A DNA stretch of 64,000 nt from an uncultured virus (IMG/VR IMGVR_UViG_3300049489_000201) (IMGVR_UViG_3300049489_000201), one strand, 5' to 3'; positions 16,120 to 24,086 are shown, counted from the stretch's first letter. Notes: generated from the sequence alone by a model not told the origin. Numbers and translations: made by a program.

Positions 16120-16278
16120 TTTCGAGCCTTTCGGTTGGTGTTAGCACCAGCCTATCACACGGGTCTGACATTCAGGGGGAATTCCAGGGGTTCGCGACCT
16201 GATCGTAACACTTGATTTTGCCCGCTGCGCGGGCTAAGATCATGGCCCGCGACGGGTTCTCATACAACCCATCGCAGA

Positions 16279-16434
16279 CTACTTGACAGCGACGTATTTT
16301 TCGCCATTCCAGACCGAACGACGGTCACGGCCAGAACGGAACAGACGGAATCGAAGGTCGAGGCCGCAACGCGGGCAGAAATCAGCCAGCACGGACACAA
16401 GGTGGATTTTGCCACAGTCGCAGCGGAAGAACAT
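16279..16434 (-). CDS. Zn-ribbon micro-protein (51 aa)
   Basis: CDCG...CPRCG; TAATG coupling. Confidence 0.55.
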   Translation of the reverse strand: MFFRCDCGKIHLVSVLADFCPRCGLDLRFRLFRSGRDRRSVWNGEKYVAVK

Positions 16435-16676
16435 TACCACACCATCCAGAGGTTAGGAACGTCGCCCTTACGAATGTTCCACTGGTAATCACCCAGGAAG
16501 GAATCGAGGGCAGCACCCACGAGAACCTCGTCGGGAATGCGCGAGTGGTGCGAGTGCGGATAATCGAATTCCGCAACCTTCGGAGGCATGTGAAAGCCAC
16601 CAGACACCATCTGCTCAACGTCGAAGATAGCGACGTGGCGAGTGCCCTTACCAGAAATAGTGACCCAGAGATTCAC
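16434..16676 (-). CDS. hypothetical protein
   Basis: GGAGG RBS; GTGA overlap. Confidence 0.6.
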   Translation of the reverse strand: MNLWVTISGKGTRHVAIFDVEQMVSGGFHMPPKVAEFDYPHSHHSRIPDEVLVGAALDSFLGDYQWNIRKGDVPNLWMVW

Positions 16677-16894
16677 AGGACACCTCCACCAAAGTCTGCG
16701 ATGGGACGACGGACAAGAACGGTTGAGAATGCGTTGTAGACGCGAGCAACGTTGCGACCGTCCGAAGTCTTACCGGACAGAGTGACCTCGCTACCCGCGC
16801 GGCGGGTGGAGTGGATCTTGACGGCGTGGATACCCATGATGACGGTCTCGCCCACGCGAACGCGACCGCTGCTCTCAATCTCGATCTTTGTCAT
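16673..16894 (-). CDS. small beta-rich protein
   Basis: leaderless start 6 nt after TAGCCT. Confidence 0.6.
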   Translation of the reverse strand: MTKIEIESSGRVRVGETVIMGIHAVKIHSTRRAGSEVTLSGKTSDGRNVARVYNAFSTVLVRRPIADFGGGVL

Positions 16895-17072
16895 GCCTTA
16901 AGGCTATCAGAGGGGTCTGACAGTCGCATCTTGAGAATAGGGTGAAATTGGACATTCTGGACTAGTCAGTTGTGACTATCTTTTCCGGCGTTTTTTAGCC
17001 CTATCGTACTATGGACAGCGCCCGCCAGGCGGGCCAAGATCTTGGCCCGCGCGCCCCCGAAGGGGCGAGCGT

Positions 17073-17240
17073 TTAGTTCTCGCGCATGTCGGCCAGGGCA
17101 ACGTCGATTGCCGCGAGCACGCGCGCCTCGGGCGCGAATCCGCCGTCACACACGAAGTCGGCAACCTCGACCGCGAGGTACAGCGGGAGGCCGCAGGACA
17201 CGCCAAGGTCGGCGGCGGTGGTGGGGGAAAGGCTGGTCAT
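17073..17240 (-). CDS. hypothetical protein (start re-called at 17240)
   Basis: AGGAGG RBS; own promoter. Confidence 0.6.
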   Translation of the reverse strand: MTSLSPTTAADLGVSCGLPLYLAVEVADFVCDGGFAPEARVLAAIDVALADMREN

Positions 17241-17373
17241 GGTGTCCTCCTGATTGGGTGTAGCCCAAGCGTAGCAGATGGGTACGACAGTGGCAACTAG
17301 ATTCCGGGGAAATATTCGCTTATCGTAACCTTGCATGTGGCAGGCAGGCGGGGGAAGATCTTAGCCCGCGCCC

Positions 17374-17577
17374 TCAGGCGAGGATACGGATGTGTGACCA
17401 GGTAGGGTCGTCGGACTCCCACTCTTCCAGGTCAGACAGATCAGCGCTGGGCGTGAGGCGCAGGAGGCGCAACTCCTCACTGATCCATGCGTGGCGAGCG
17501 GCCTCAGTGGTGAAGCCGAACGACTGGCGGAAACGACCGAAGTCGTCCTCTGTCTCAAAGAACACATAGAAGATCAT
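17374..17577 (-). CDS. hypothetical protein
   Basis: TTGACA-17-TAGCGT-6-ATG leaderless. Confidence 0.6.
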   Translation of the reverse strand: MIFYVFFETEDDFGRFRQSFGFTTEAARHAWISEELRLLRLTPSADLSDLEEWESDDPTWSHIRILA

Positions 17578-17671
17578 GGCTATACGCTACTCCCATATTC
17601 AGGGTATGTCAAGGGTCGTACGTAACAGGATGATAACAAAGGGCGGGCCAAAGAACTTAGCCCGCAGGCCA

Positions 17672-17779
17672 CTAGGAAGCAACAAACCTACGGAACGCAC
17701 TGGTGATACGTCCAATTGTCGACATGTGCATGTACCAATCTAGGTACATGAGAGCCTGCTTACGCTCACGGCGTGTCAT
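17672..17779 (-). CDS. 35-aa micro-ORF
   Basis: ATGA coupling. Confidence 0.4.
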   Translation of the reverse strand: MTRRERKQALMYLDWYMHMSTIGRITSAFRRFVAS

Positions 17780-17919
17780 GCGCTTGCCTTAGCGATAGCC
17801 TCACGCTTGGTAGCGTAGGCATCGATCACCACACCGTTACGCACCACGAGCCAAAGCCCGATGAGCATAGCAGGGTAGGTGTGTGCGTTGGCACGGGTGA
17901 CCTTGACAACCTTAGGCAT
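17776..17919 (-). CDS. 47-aa micro-ORF
   Basis: TGATG coupling; W.VVRNG.VID...TKREA. Confidence 0.5.
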   Translation of the reverse strand: MPKVVKVTRANAHTYPAMLIGLWLVVRNGVVIDAYATKREAIAKASA

Positions 17920-18107
17920 CAGAGCCACACCGCCAGCATGTCATCCTGACCGAACGACTGCGACTCACCGTTGGTGTAGGTGACTGCCACAAGGGCGAAT
18001 GCCTCATTGTGGCGCACATGCTGCACCGTACGAGTGACGAAGCGGCGGGGGTCAGAGATGCCCATGCCCGCTACGAGGGCCGTTGCCTTGATACTGTTGA
18101 GACTCAC
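17919..18107 (-). CDS. hypothetical protein
   Basis: GAAGG RBS; own promoter. Confidence 0.55.
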   Translation of the reverse strand: MSLNSIKATALVAGMGISDPRRFVTRTVQHVRHNEAFALVAVTYTNGESQSFGQDDMLAVWL

Positions 18108-18375
18108 TGTCTTGCCTTCCCTTTGTTGTTACCCTTAGCGTAGCATGAGGGTCTGACAGTAGGAAGCCGAATCAAGGATCTATCGAGGTTCGTGACCAAA
18201 ACGTTACCTAATCTATGGGCGCACTAATCAGACAGGCGTACGTTCGCTTGCATAGTGGTATCGTACATTTCAGAAAATTAATCAAAATCAACATTCATCA
18301 AAATTGAGTGGAACGCGGTTCCAATTTTGCACATAACAAAAATTAGTAAAAATACGGTCTGCTAGAATATGTACG

Positions 18376-18597
18376 CTATGCGGACACGAACCCTGACGAT
18401 ATCAAAGCAGCGTCTGTCAGCGCGGCAACCATTCCCCACATCATCAGCGTTACCAGCACCATATACGGCGTAAGCACCCAGCGTTCGAACGAATCAACTA
18501 TATATCTGTTGGTTATCCACATCATACGAATAGTCTTGGCGACATATACGGTGGTAACTGATACAACAATAAGCGCCGCCAGGGCTAGCAATATCAT
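18376..18597 (-). CDS. membrane protein
   Basis: two hydrophobic helices. Confidence 0.55.
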   Translation of the reverse strand: MILLALAALIVVSVTTVYVAKTIRMMWITNRYIVDSFERWVLTPYMVLVTLMMWGMVAALTDAALISSGFVSA

Positions 18598-18770
18598 GCT
18601 ATTTGTTCCCAGTAGGGCGAATCTCCTTCACGTTGATCCCACGCCTTGACCCATTGATATGTTTTGCCGCATTCGCAGCGCCAGTTGTGGGTAGTGCGCT
18701 TATACAGATCTGATTTTGGTAGGTAGTTATAGCAGTTGTGTTCCGCCCCCGGCTTAGGTATCCAGGTCAT
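18594..18770 (-). CDS. small Zn-binding protein
   Basis: HNC...WRCECGK; GAAAGG RBS. Confidence 0.55.
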   Translation of the reverse strand: MTWIPKPGAEHNCYNYLPKSDLYKRTTHNWRCECGKTYQWVKAWDQREGDSPYWEQIA

Positions 18771-18876
18771 CTCAATACCTTTCTTATCGCTGTAGCGAGC
18801 AATGGCACCAGCGTGTCATTCCATAACGCTAGTTTGAACATACGTGCTTCATATATAAGTGTTTGTATGTGTTCGT

Positions 18877-19134
18877 TCATCCCCGCCGCCTGAATGTATG
18901 CTCAGCATGACAATTGGCGCACAATACGTCGCACTTGGTGATTTCTATCAAGATCGTTTGTGTCGGGTATCTGCCAGGCATGTCTGCAATGTTACATCGT
19001 TTTTCTGTTCCTGGGCGGTGGTCAAACTGCAATGCCCTAGGATTCTTGTTATAGCCGCAGTCCTGGCACGTTTTGATGATCTTATACAGATCAATCAAGT
19101 CACGTTGGTATTGTGCCAGTTCTATGCGGTTCAC
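18877..19134 (-). CDS. HNH endonuclease
   Basis: CQDCG...LQFDH...KCDVLCANCHAEHT. Confidence 0.85.
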   Translation of the reverse strand: MNRIELAQYQRDLIDLYKIIKTCQDCGYNKNPRALQFDHRPGTEKRCNIADMPGRYPTQTILIEITKCDVLCANCHAEHTFRRRG

Positions 19135-19274
19135 TGTTCTACTGCTACTCCTAGGTAAACCTTGATGAAGCCTGATGCCTTAAGCATCTTGACGTGTGTT
19201 ATTGCGTCATCCCGCTCGTTGAACGTCGCGTGATAACTGTTGTTGTCCCGGTCGGCCCAGATAACAATATACAT
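19131..19274 (-). CDS. 47-aa hypothetical protein
   Basis: coupled at both ends. Confidence 0.5.
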   Translation of the reverse strand: MYIVIWADRDNNSYHATFNERDDAITHVKMLKASGFIKVYLGVAVEQ

Positions 19275-19552
19275 TACAGTCCGTTGTTTCTTATTTCTTG
19301 GACTAGTGCTGCAACATCTGCGTCTTCCGAGTCCCGCTCGTAGAATCCGTGCGTGACCTCGATCTGCCCGTCCAGAGTTGACGTGATGCGGACGTTGACG
19401 GACTGCTTGTAGACGATGATGTCTAGGTAGCAGTCTTTGCCTTGAGTACGCATAACGTCTAGAACCAGTGTGTCACTTCCAATAGGAATGGTTACGTCTT
19501 CGATTTTTTCCCATTCCCCGCCGAACTGATTTACGTAAATACTACTTTCCAT
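19274..19552 (-). CDS. hypothetical protein
   Basis: AGGAGG RBS. Confidence 0.6.
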   Translation of the reverse strand: MESSIYVNQFGGEWEKIEDVTIPIGSDTLVLDVMRTQGKDCYLDIIVYKQSVNVRITSTLDGQIEVTHGFYERDSEDADVAALVQEIRNNGL

Positions 19553-19679
19553 AGCGTGCTGCCCTCCTGGCCCTGCGAATAAAGCCGCGCTGCGCGCTAG
19601 CCATACGCTCTAGTTCGGTGAGTGGGCGGATAACCGCGCCGTGCTTGGTCACCGTCTTTGTTGGTAGATGCTTAAACAT
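19542..19679 (-). CDS. basic 45-aa micro-ORF
   Basis: fills gap between neighbours. Confidence 0.35.
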   Translation of the reverse strand: MFKHLPTKTVTKHGAVIRPLTELERMASAQRGFIRRARRAARYGK

Positions 19680-19881
19680 CTTGTGTGGGTTCATCTTCGT
19701 CTCCTATGAGTGCTGGGGGCGGGCTTAATAGTTCTCCCCGCTCGTGTGCTTCTATGATGCTAGCAGCAAGTGGTTTATCTTGCCCACTAAGTATAGCAAG
19801 CAGTACGTCGTATACCCGCGATTGCTGGATATAGATAGCGGTCAAGATATCCTGGGTGTCCAGAACCTGCTTATTCTCCAC
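19672..19881 (-). CDS. conserved hypothetical protein
   Basis: IYIQQSRVYDVLLAI...HERGELLSP. Confidence 0.6.
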   Translation of the reverse strand: MENKQVLDTQDILTAIYIQQSRVYDVLLAILSGQDKPLAASIIEAHERGELLSPPPALIGDEDEPTQDV

Positions 19882-20182
19882 GCAGATGACCCTGACTGAA
19901 CTTGGCTTCGTCCATCCACTGCTTGATTGACCTAGCGCTGTCGCTAAAGTTGTTAATTGTGGTCAAAACAGGATCTACAGAGCGAATGCCGTCGCCATAG
20001 ATATTTGGCTTCCATGGCTGGCCGGGCTTGTCTTTCGGCAACTCTGGCTTTATTTTGAGTTCTACCTCTAAATCCCAGTCAATGTTGTTGATGGCATTGA
20101 CAACAGACAGAACTGTCTTTAATTCTTCGGACAATTCACCATTAGACTTGGCCAACGTGTCGATTTCTATCGTAATTTTCAT
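19871..20182 (-). CDS. hypothetical protein
   Basis: TAATG coupling; GGAG RBS. Confidence 0.55.
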   Translation of the reverse strand: MKITIEIDTLAKSNGELSEELKTVLSVVNAINNIDWDLEVELKIKPELPKDKPGQPWKPNIYGDGIRSVDPVLTTINNFSDSARSIKQWMDEAKFSQGHLRGE

Positions 20183-20634
20183 TAAAAACTCCAAACGTAT
20201 ACGTCGATGGCATTACTTTTCTCCCACGTCGCGTACTTTTCATACTCATCGTAGAGCGCGGGGCGCACATCGTTCCAGTCTAGTTTACCATTGCCGCAAC
20301 CTGGCCGCACAAAGTGCAAATCAAACGTAGAATTGGCGAGAAGTCGACTAAACGACTGTAAAATCAGGTCTAGATCGGCAGTTTCCCACCAATTATGCTT
20401 CACTGGGAACGTATAAATACGCCAATCCGGAAAATATACGGGCGTGTTACCATTTTGGGTCAAATGCTGACCAAACTGTCGCGCAAAACCAGGAACCGTG
20501 TCCCGAACGGTCTGCGCGATGCCTCTTCCCATGACCGCTTCGCCGTTTTTCTTGACAAAGCCGTTGGTGGTGATGCCAATCGTGCCGCCGTCGCGCCAGT
20601 AGTCCATGATATCACCCTTGCGAGTTGTGATCAT
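20182..20634 (-). CDS. macrodomain (ADP-ribose processing; DarG/TARG1-like)
   Basis: KGDI, TTN...VMGRGIA, FPVKHNW, PGCGNGKLDW. Confidence 0.8.
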   Translation of the reverse strand: MITTRKGDIMDYWRDGGTIGITTNGFVKKNGEAVMGRGIAQTVRDTVPGFARQFGQHLTQNGNTPVYFPDWRIYTFPVKHNWWETADLDLILQSFSRLLANSTFDLHFVRPGCGNGKLDWNDVRPALYDEYEKYATWEKSNAIDVYVWSF

Positions 20635-20828
20635 ACGTGTTTTTCCATCCACGAGCCGAGCGGAGTGAACTTAATTATGAGGACCATGATTCCGAACACA
20701 ACTGGGATCAACAGTGCCCACCCACCAGTAACTACAATGAGTCCGATGGTCATAAAAACGATAAACCCAAATATAAGCACCAAAAACAGGATTCCTCCTG
20801 CCATTTCTGCTGCCTCTTTCCAAGTCAT
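20631..20828 (-). CDS. membrane protein
   Basis: two TM segments; paralogous to next gene. Confidence 0.55.
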   Translation of the reverse strand: MTWKEAAEMAGGILFLVLIFGFIVFMTIGLIVVTGGWALLIPVVFGIMVLIIKFTPLGSWMEKHV

Positions 20829-21028
20829 AGCGCTATTTGCCCCAATCTGGTGTATTTGAACAGCAAGGTAAGGGTTACGAGCGGAACTAATGCCGCCAAT
20901 GCCCATCCGTTAGTCCCAATGATCAGCAACACAATACAAAATGCAAAAACACCAAGCACTATTGAAAAGAAAAACGCTGCTGAGATTGCTTCTCCCCAAC
21001 TAATTTCTCTACGCCATTCTCTAGTCAC
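20825..21028 (-). CDS. membrane protein
   Basis: SWGEA...GWAL...KYTRLG parallels TWKEA...GWAL...KFTPLG. Confidence 0.55.
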   Translation of the reverse strand: MTREWRREISWGEAISAAFFFSIVLGVFAFCIVLLIIGTNGWALAALVPLVTLTLLFKYTRLGQIAL

Positions 21029-21717
21029 TTGTTTTTCACCCACGCCTCTATAGTCATTGGAAATTCATACTGAATGAGTGTTTCAACAGCCCGCGCGTAC
21101 TCCTGGATCTCAAATTGGGCGTCATGGCCCAGTCGCTCTTCCAAAAAGTGTAAAACGCCAGCCAAACTAATCGTCCAGCGCCAGCGAACGTACATTCCGT
21201 TTGCCGGAAGGAATAAACGAGCCTGTTCCGGAGCCAGGCCCTTTTCTAGAGCCTCGTCATACAGAGAAACACCACGATCTACATATTCCTGTAGCGCTTC
21301 GGTCCAAGAGAGGCCAATTAAGTCCGGTAGGTTTTCCCCAGACCCCTGCTTACTGTTTTCTGGCTTACTGCGCCACTGATCTTCGCCAGGAATGTAGAAT
21401 TCCTCATTTTCGGTGATATAACGACGACTAGACTCGTTCCAGCCATGTTGATCCTCGGTATGGGTTGATGCAACGGCGTACTTCCACCATTGGCGGGCTA
21501 CCATGAGCGGTGCATAAACCTCAAACGTCAGCGCAGCATGTCGTAGCGGACTAGTATGACCCTCGCGGAACAGAAAATTCAGCAAACGGTCATCGCGCTC
21601 ATCAAATTCAAGTGATTCCTTGGCATAGGACACGCGCGCCGCGTTAACAACGCTCAGGTCGTCCCCAAGTGTGTCAACGAGACGCACGTATCCTTTGTCT
21701 AGTACCTTAATGCTCAT
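21025..21717 (-). CDS. thyX: flavin-dependent thymidylate synthase
   Basis: VVNAARVSY, GHTSPLRH, ARQW, NESSRRY, EQARLFLP, AQFEI. Confidence 0.9.
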   Translation of the reverse strand: MSIKVLDKGYVRLVDTLGDDLSVVNAARVSYAKESLEFDERDDRLLNFLFREGHTSPLRHAALTFEVYAPLMVARQWWKYAVASTHTEDQHGWNESSRRYITENEEFYIPGEDQWRSKPENSKQGSGENLPDLIGLSWTEALQEYVDRGVSLYDEALEKGLAPEQARLFLPANGMYVRWRWTISLAGVLHFLEERLGHDAQFEIQEYARAVETLIQYEFPMTIEAWVKNK

Positions 21718-22067
21718 GCCTGTGTGATCTTTGAAATCAGTTCTACCTTTTGTGCGCCGAACCACTCGTTACGATGCGATTGATCGTCTGAGTAGTCGTC
21801 GTCAGCGGACCATTCAGAAACAATTTGAATTGCACCATTCTTGCGATATGGGCCAGACAGTTTGTCTAGAGAGTGGACAGATTCGAACGGCGAGGGGCAA
21901 GAGCACCCAGAATCTGTCCCAATGAAGAACAGACCTGTTTCTTCCTGCTGCCAGACAACCCCGACGTGGAATTGGTATGGTTCGTTATCAAAACTAACCG
22001 AACCGACGATCTTTAGACCGTATCGTCCGGGTGACGAGTAAACGTCAGTGTAGTAGTCGTCGTCCAT
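21714..22067 (-). CDS. conserved actinophage protein
   Basis: DSGCSCPSPFE motif. Confidence 0.65.
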   Translation of the reverse strand: MDDDYYTDVYSSPGRYGLKIVGSVSFDNEPYQFHVGVVWQQEETGLFFIGTDSGCSCPSPFESVHSLDKLSGPYRKNGAIQIVSEWSADDDYSDDQSHRNEWFGAQKVELISKITQA

Positions 22068-22069
22068 TA

Positions 22070-23239
22070 TTATCCCTTCACACACAGAACTTGTCGAAGT
22101 TCTGCATAAATTGATACTAGGTCGGCCTGGTAGGCCATAACCTGTTCGATATCCTTGTACGCCGCTGGAATTTCGTCAACGACGCCTTGATCCTTACGGC
22201 ATTCTACTCCCGCCGTCTGCTCTGCGAGGTCTTCTACCGTGAATTGGCGCTTTGCTGCTGAGCGGGACATCTTTCGTCCCGCGCCGTGGCTAGCGCTGTT
22301 GAATGATTCTGGGTTTCCCTTACCAACGACGATAAAAGACTTAGCGCCCATCGAACCAGGAATGATTCCAAACTCACCCTCACGCGCTGAGATAGCGCCC
22401 TTACGGGTGACAAGAACGTCCTCGCCATAGTGGTGCTCCTCGTTTACGTAGTTGTGGTGGCAGTTAACTTCCTGCTCAAACTGGACATTTGGGAAGAATT
22501 CACGCATAACAGACTTGTATAGTCTTAGCATCGTCTGCCTATTAAGGTAGGCGTAGTTCTGTGCCCACGACAGGTCACGGCGGTAGTTACGCATTTCATC
22601 CGTTCCGCGCAGGAACACGGCTAGGTCAGGATCAGGCAACTTGGCGTTGTGTTCAAGAGTCTTAGCGATCTTGATGTGGCGCTCTGCTAGTTCCTTACCG
22701 ATGTTCCGCGATCCTGAGTGCAACATCAACCACACTCTACCATCCGTGTCAAGGCATAGTTCGATGAAGTGGTTTCCACCACCCAGCGTACCCATCTGCT
22801 TCATGGCGTTAGCCTCGCGGTCCTGTACGCCCTCGTGCAAAAACATAAAACTCTTGAACAGCCCAGCCACCCCAGGCTGCTTTTCAACGGCTGTGTCGTG
22901 CCCTGAAAAGCCTACAGGGATGGTTGCCTCGATCTTGCTGCGGATTGCAGACAAATCCTCGGGTAGATCCTCTGCGCGGAGGTTCGTCAGAACCGCCGCC
23001 ATACCACAACCAATGTCTACTCCAACAGCCGAGGGGCTCAGAGCATCCTTCATAGCAATGACAGAACCAACCGTAGCACCCTTGCCAAAGTGAACGTCAG
23101 GCATAACAGCAACGTGCTTGTATACCCAAGGAAGGTTCGAAATGTTACGAAGTTGGTTCAAAGCCTCGTATTCGACTGTGTTAACATCTGTCCAAAGACG
23201 GACAGGAACAGCCCCAGTATCTAGGGTTGAGATAGACAT
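22070..23239 (-). CDS. rtcB: RtcB RNA ligase
   Basis: MPDVHFGKG, GVDIGCG, GGGNHFIE, HSGSR, HHN, SHGAGR, DEIPAAYK. Confidence 0.95.
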   Translation of the reverse strand: MSISTLDTGAVPVRLWTDVNTVEYEALNQLRNISNLPWVYKHVAVMPDVHFGKGATVGSVIAMKDALSPSAVGVDIGCGMAAVLTNLRAEDLPEDLSAIRSKIEATIPVGFSGHDTAVEKQPGVAGLFKSFMFLHEGVQDREANAMKQMGTLGGGNHFIELCLDTDGRVWLMLHSGSRNIGKELAERHIKIAKTLEHNAKLPDPDLAVFLRGTDEMRNYRRDLSWAQNYAYLNRQTMLRLYKSVMREFFPNVQFEQEVNCHHNYVNEEHHYGEDVLVTRKGAISAREGEFGIIPGSMGAKSFIVVGKGNPESFNSASHGAGRKMSRSAAKRQFTVEDLAEQTAGVECRKDQGVVDEIPAAYKDIEQVMAYQADLVSIYAELRQVLCVKG

Positions 23240-23243
23240 TTTT

Positions 23244-23480
23244 TTACTCCTGATCTAGCCACTCGACATCGAAGATGGAGAGGCACTTTTTCATTTCGCT
23301 ATACATCACAAGACCAACGGTGCTGGTCCAGGCGCAAGCCAAACAGTGTAGTTGAAGTTCGTCGTTGTTGTCAAGACGAACGAAGGGGCGGGTATGATCT
23401 TTGTCGTTTCCGCATTTGATATAGGGTACCGCCCCCTCGTCCATCTTTTGTAGGTAGGCGTTAACTACTTGTATGTTCAC
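23244..23480 (-). CDS. Zn-binding hypothetical protein
   Basis: C...H...CLAC; TACACT-6-GTG leaderless start. Confidence 0.6.
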   Translation of the reverse strand: MNIQVVNAYLQKMDEGAVPYIKCGNDKDHTRPFVRLDNNDELQLHCLACAWTSTVGLVMYSEMKKCLSIFDVEWLDQE

Positions 23481-23492
23481 ACATACAGTGTA

Positions 23493-24020
23493 TCACCAGC
23501 ACTGCTTTGGAGCATAGTACCAGTTGCGCTTACCCTTACCGTTTTTGAAAACAAACCAGAAGGCGTGATCTTGGTCATACCTGGACCACTTCACAATCGG
23601 TTTGTTTCTCAAGTGAGGCTTGTGCATCAAAACCGGCAACTTTCGCTGCCAGAATGCCAAAAATTGGTATGCACCTCGGGCGGTAGAGTGCTTATTAGCA
23701 GCCCTGTAGTTACCACCAGACTCACGTCGTACAATGCACTTTCGCACACTCTCCCATCGTGGCTTGTAGTGCTTGCCAATATATGCCGAAGCATAGATGC
23801 CGCGCATTTTGGTAGGCACAGCGGGATTGACTGATGGCCTAACTGATACTCGACTGGCTGCTTGCACTACACGTACTTGAACCACTTTGTTCGAAGGCTC
23901 CGTGACGCTTTGCGCCGCCTTCGAAGGTACAGACTTAGCATCTGCCTGTGTGACTGTTCCACATGACGCCACGAGCATAATCGTAGCGAGTAGAACACCC
24001 ACGAGGTTTCTTTTCGTCAT
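23493..24020 (-). CDS. exported lytic transglycosylase (Rpf/lysozyme-like fold)
   Basis: signal peptide with LVASC; CIVRRESGGNY...ARGAYQF; promoter TTGACC-17-TAGTCT. Confidence 0.75.
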   Translation of the reverse strand: MTKRNLVGVLLATIMLVASCGTVTQADAKSVPSKAAQSVTEPSNKVVQVRVVQAASRVSVRPSVNPAVPTKMRGIYASAYIGKHYKPRWESVRKCIVRRESGGNYRAANKHSTARGAYQFLAFWQRKLPVLMHKPHLRNKPIVKWSRYDQDHAFWFVFKNGKGKRNWYYAPKQCW

Positions 24021-24086
24021 GTTGACCTCCTGGGCGGAAACAACCTGACAAGACTACCACAGACCGTTGCTTGGGTCAAGAGGTGC

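Larger units (their letters stand above)
5262..17665. repeat. dispersed palindromic inter-cassette element GCGGGCY-N-RGCCCGC, 13 copies
   Basis: 5262-5281, 7366-7382, 10295-10311, 10353-10372, 11689-11708, 12691-12712, 13921-13942, 14853-14874, 15794-15815, 16229-16250, 17029-17050, 17348-17369, 17643-17665; all intergenic. Confidence 0.95.
14770..18158 (-). promoter_or_regulatory. seven TGTC(AG/TG/GT)-N10-TANNNT promoters (RecA-NDp/PafBC-like)
   Basis: 14770-14791, 15427-15448, 15677-15698, 16149-16170, 16901-16922, 17268-17289, 18137-18158; exact 10-nt spacer; each upstream of an RBS/start or the hairpin RNA. Confidence 0.75.

Noticed and set aside
5262..17665. CRISPR array interpretation of the palindromic repeats
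   Set aside because: Copies are mostly hundreds to thousands of bases apart with whole genes between them; no cas genes.
5262..17665. Classical integron attC array
   Set aside because: No RYYYAAC/GTTRRRY box pair, cassettes carry their own promoters, and no tyrosine integrase is in the window.
18513..18521. Single TTATCCACA
   Set aside because: Isolated, inside a coding region; plausible by chance.
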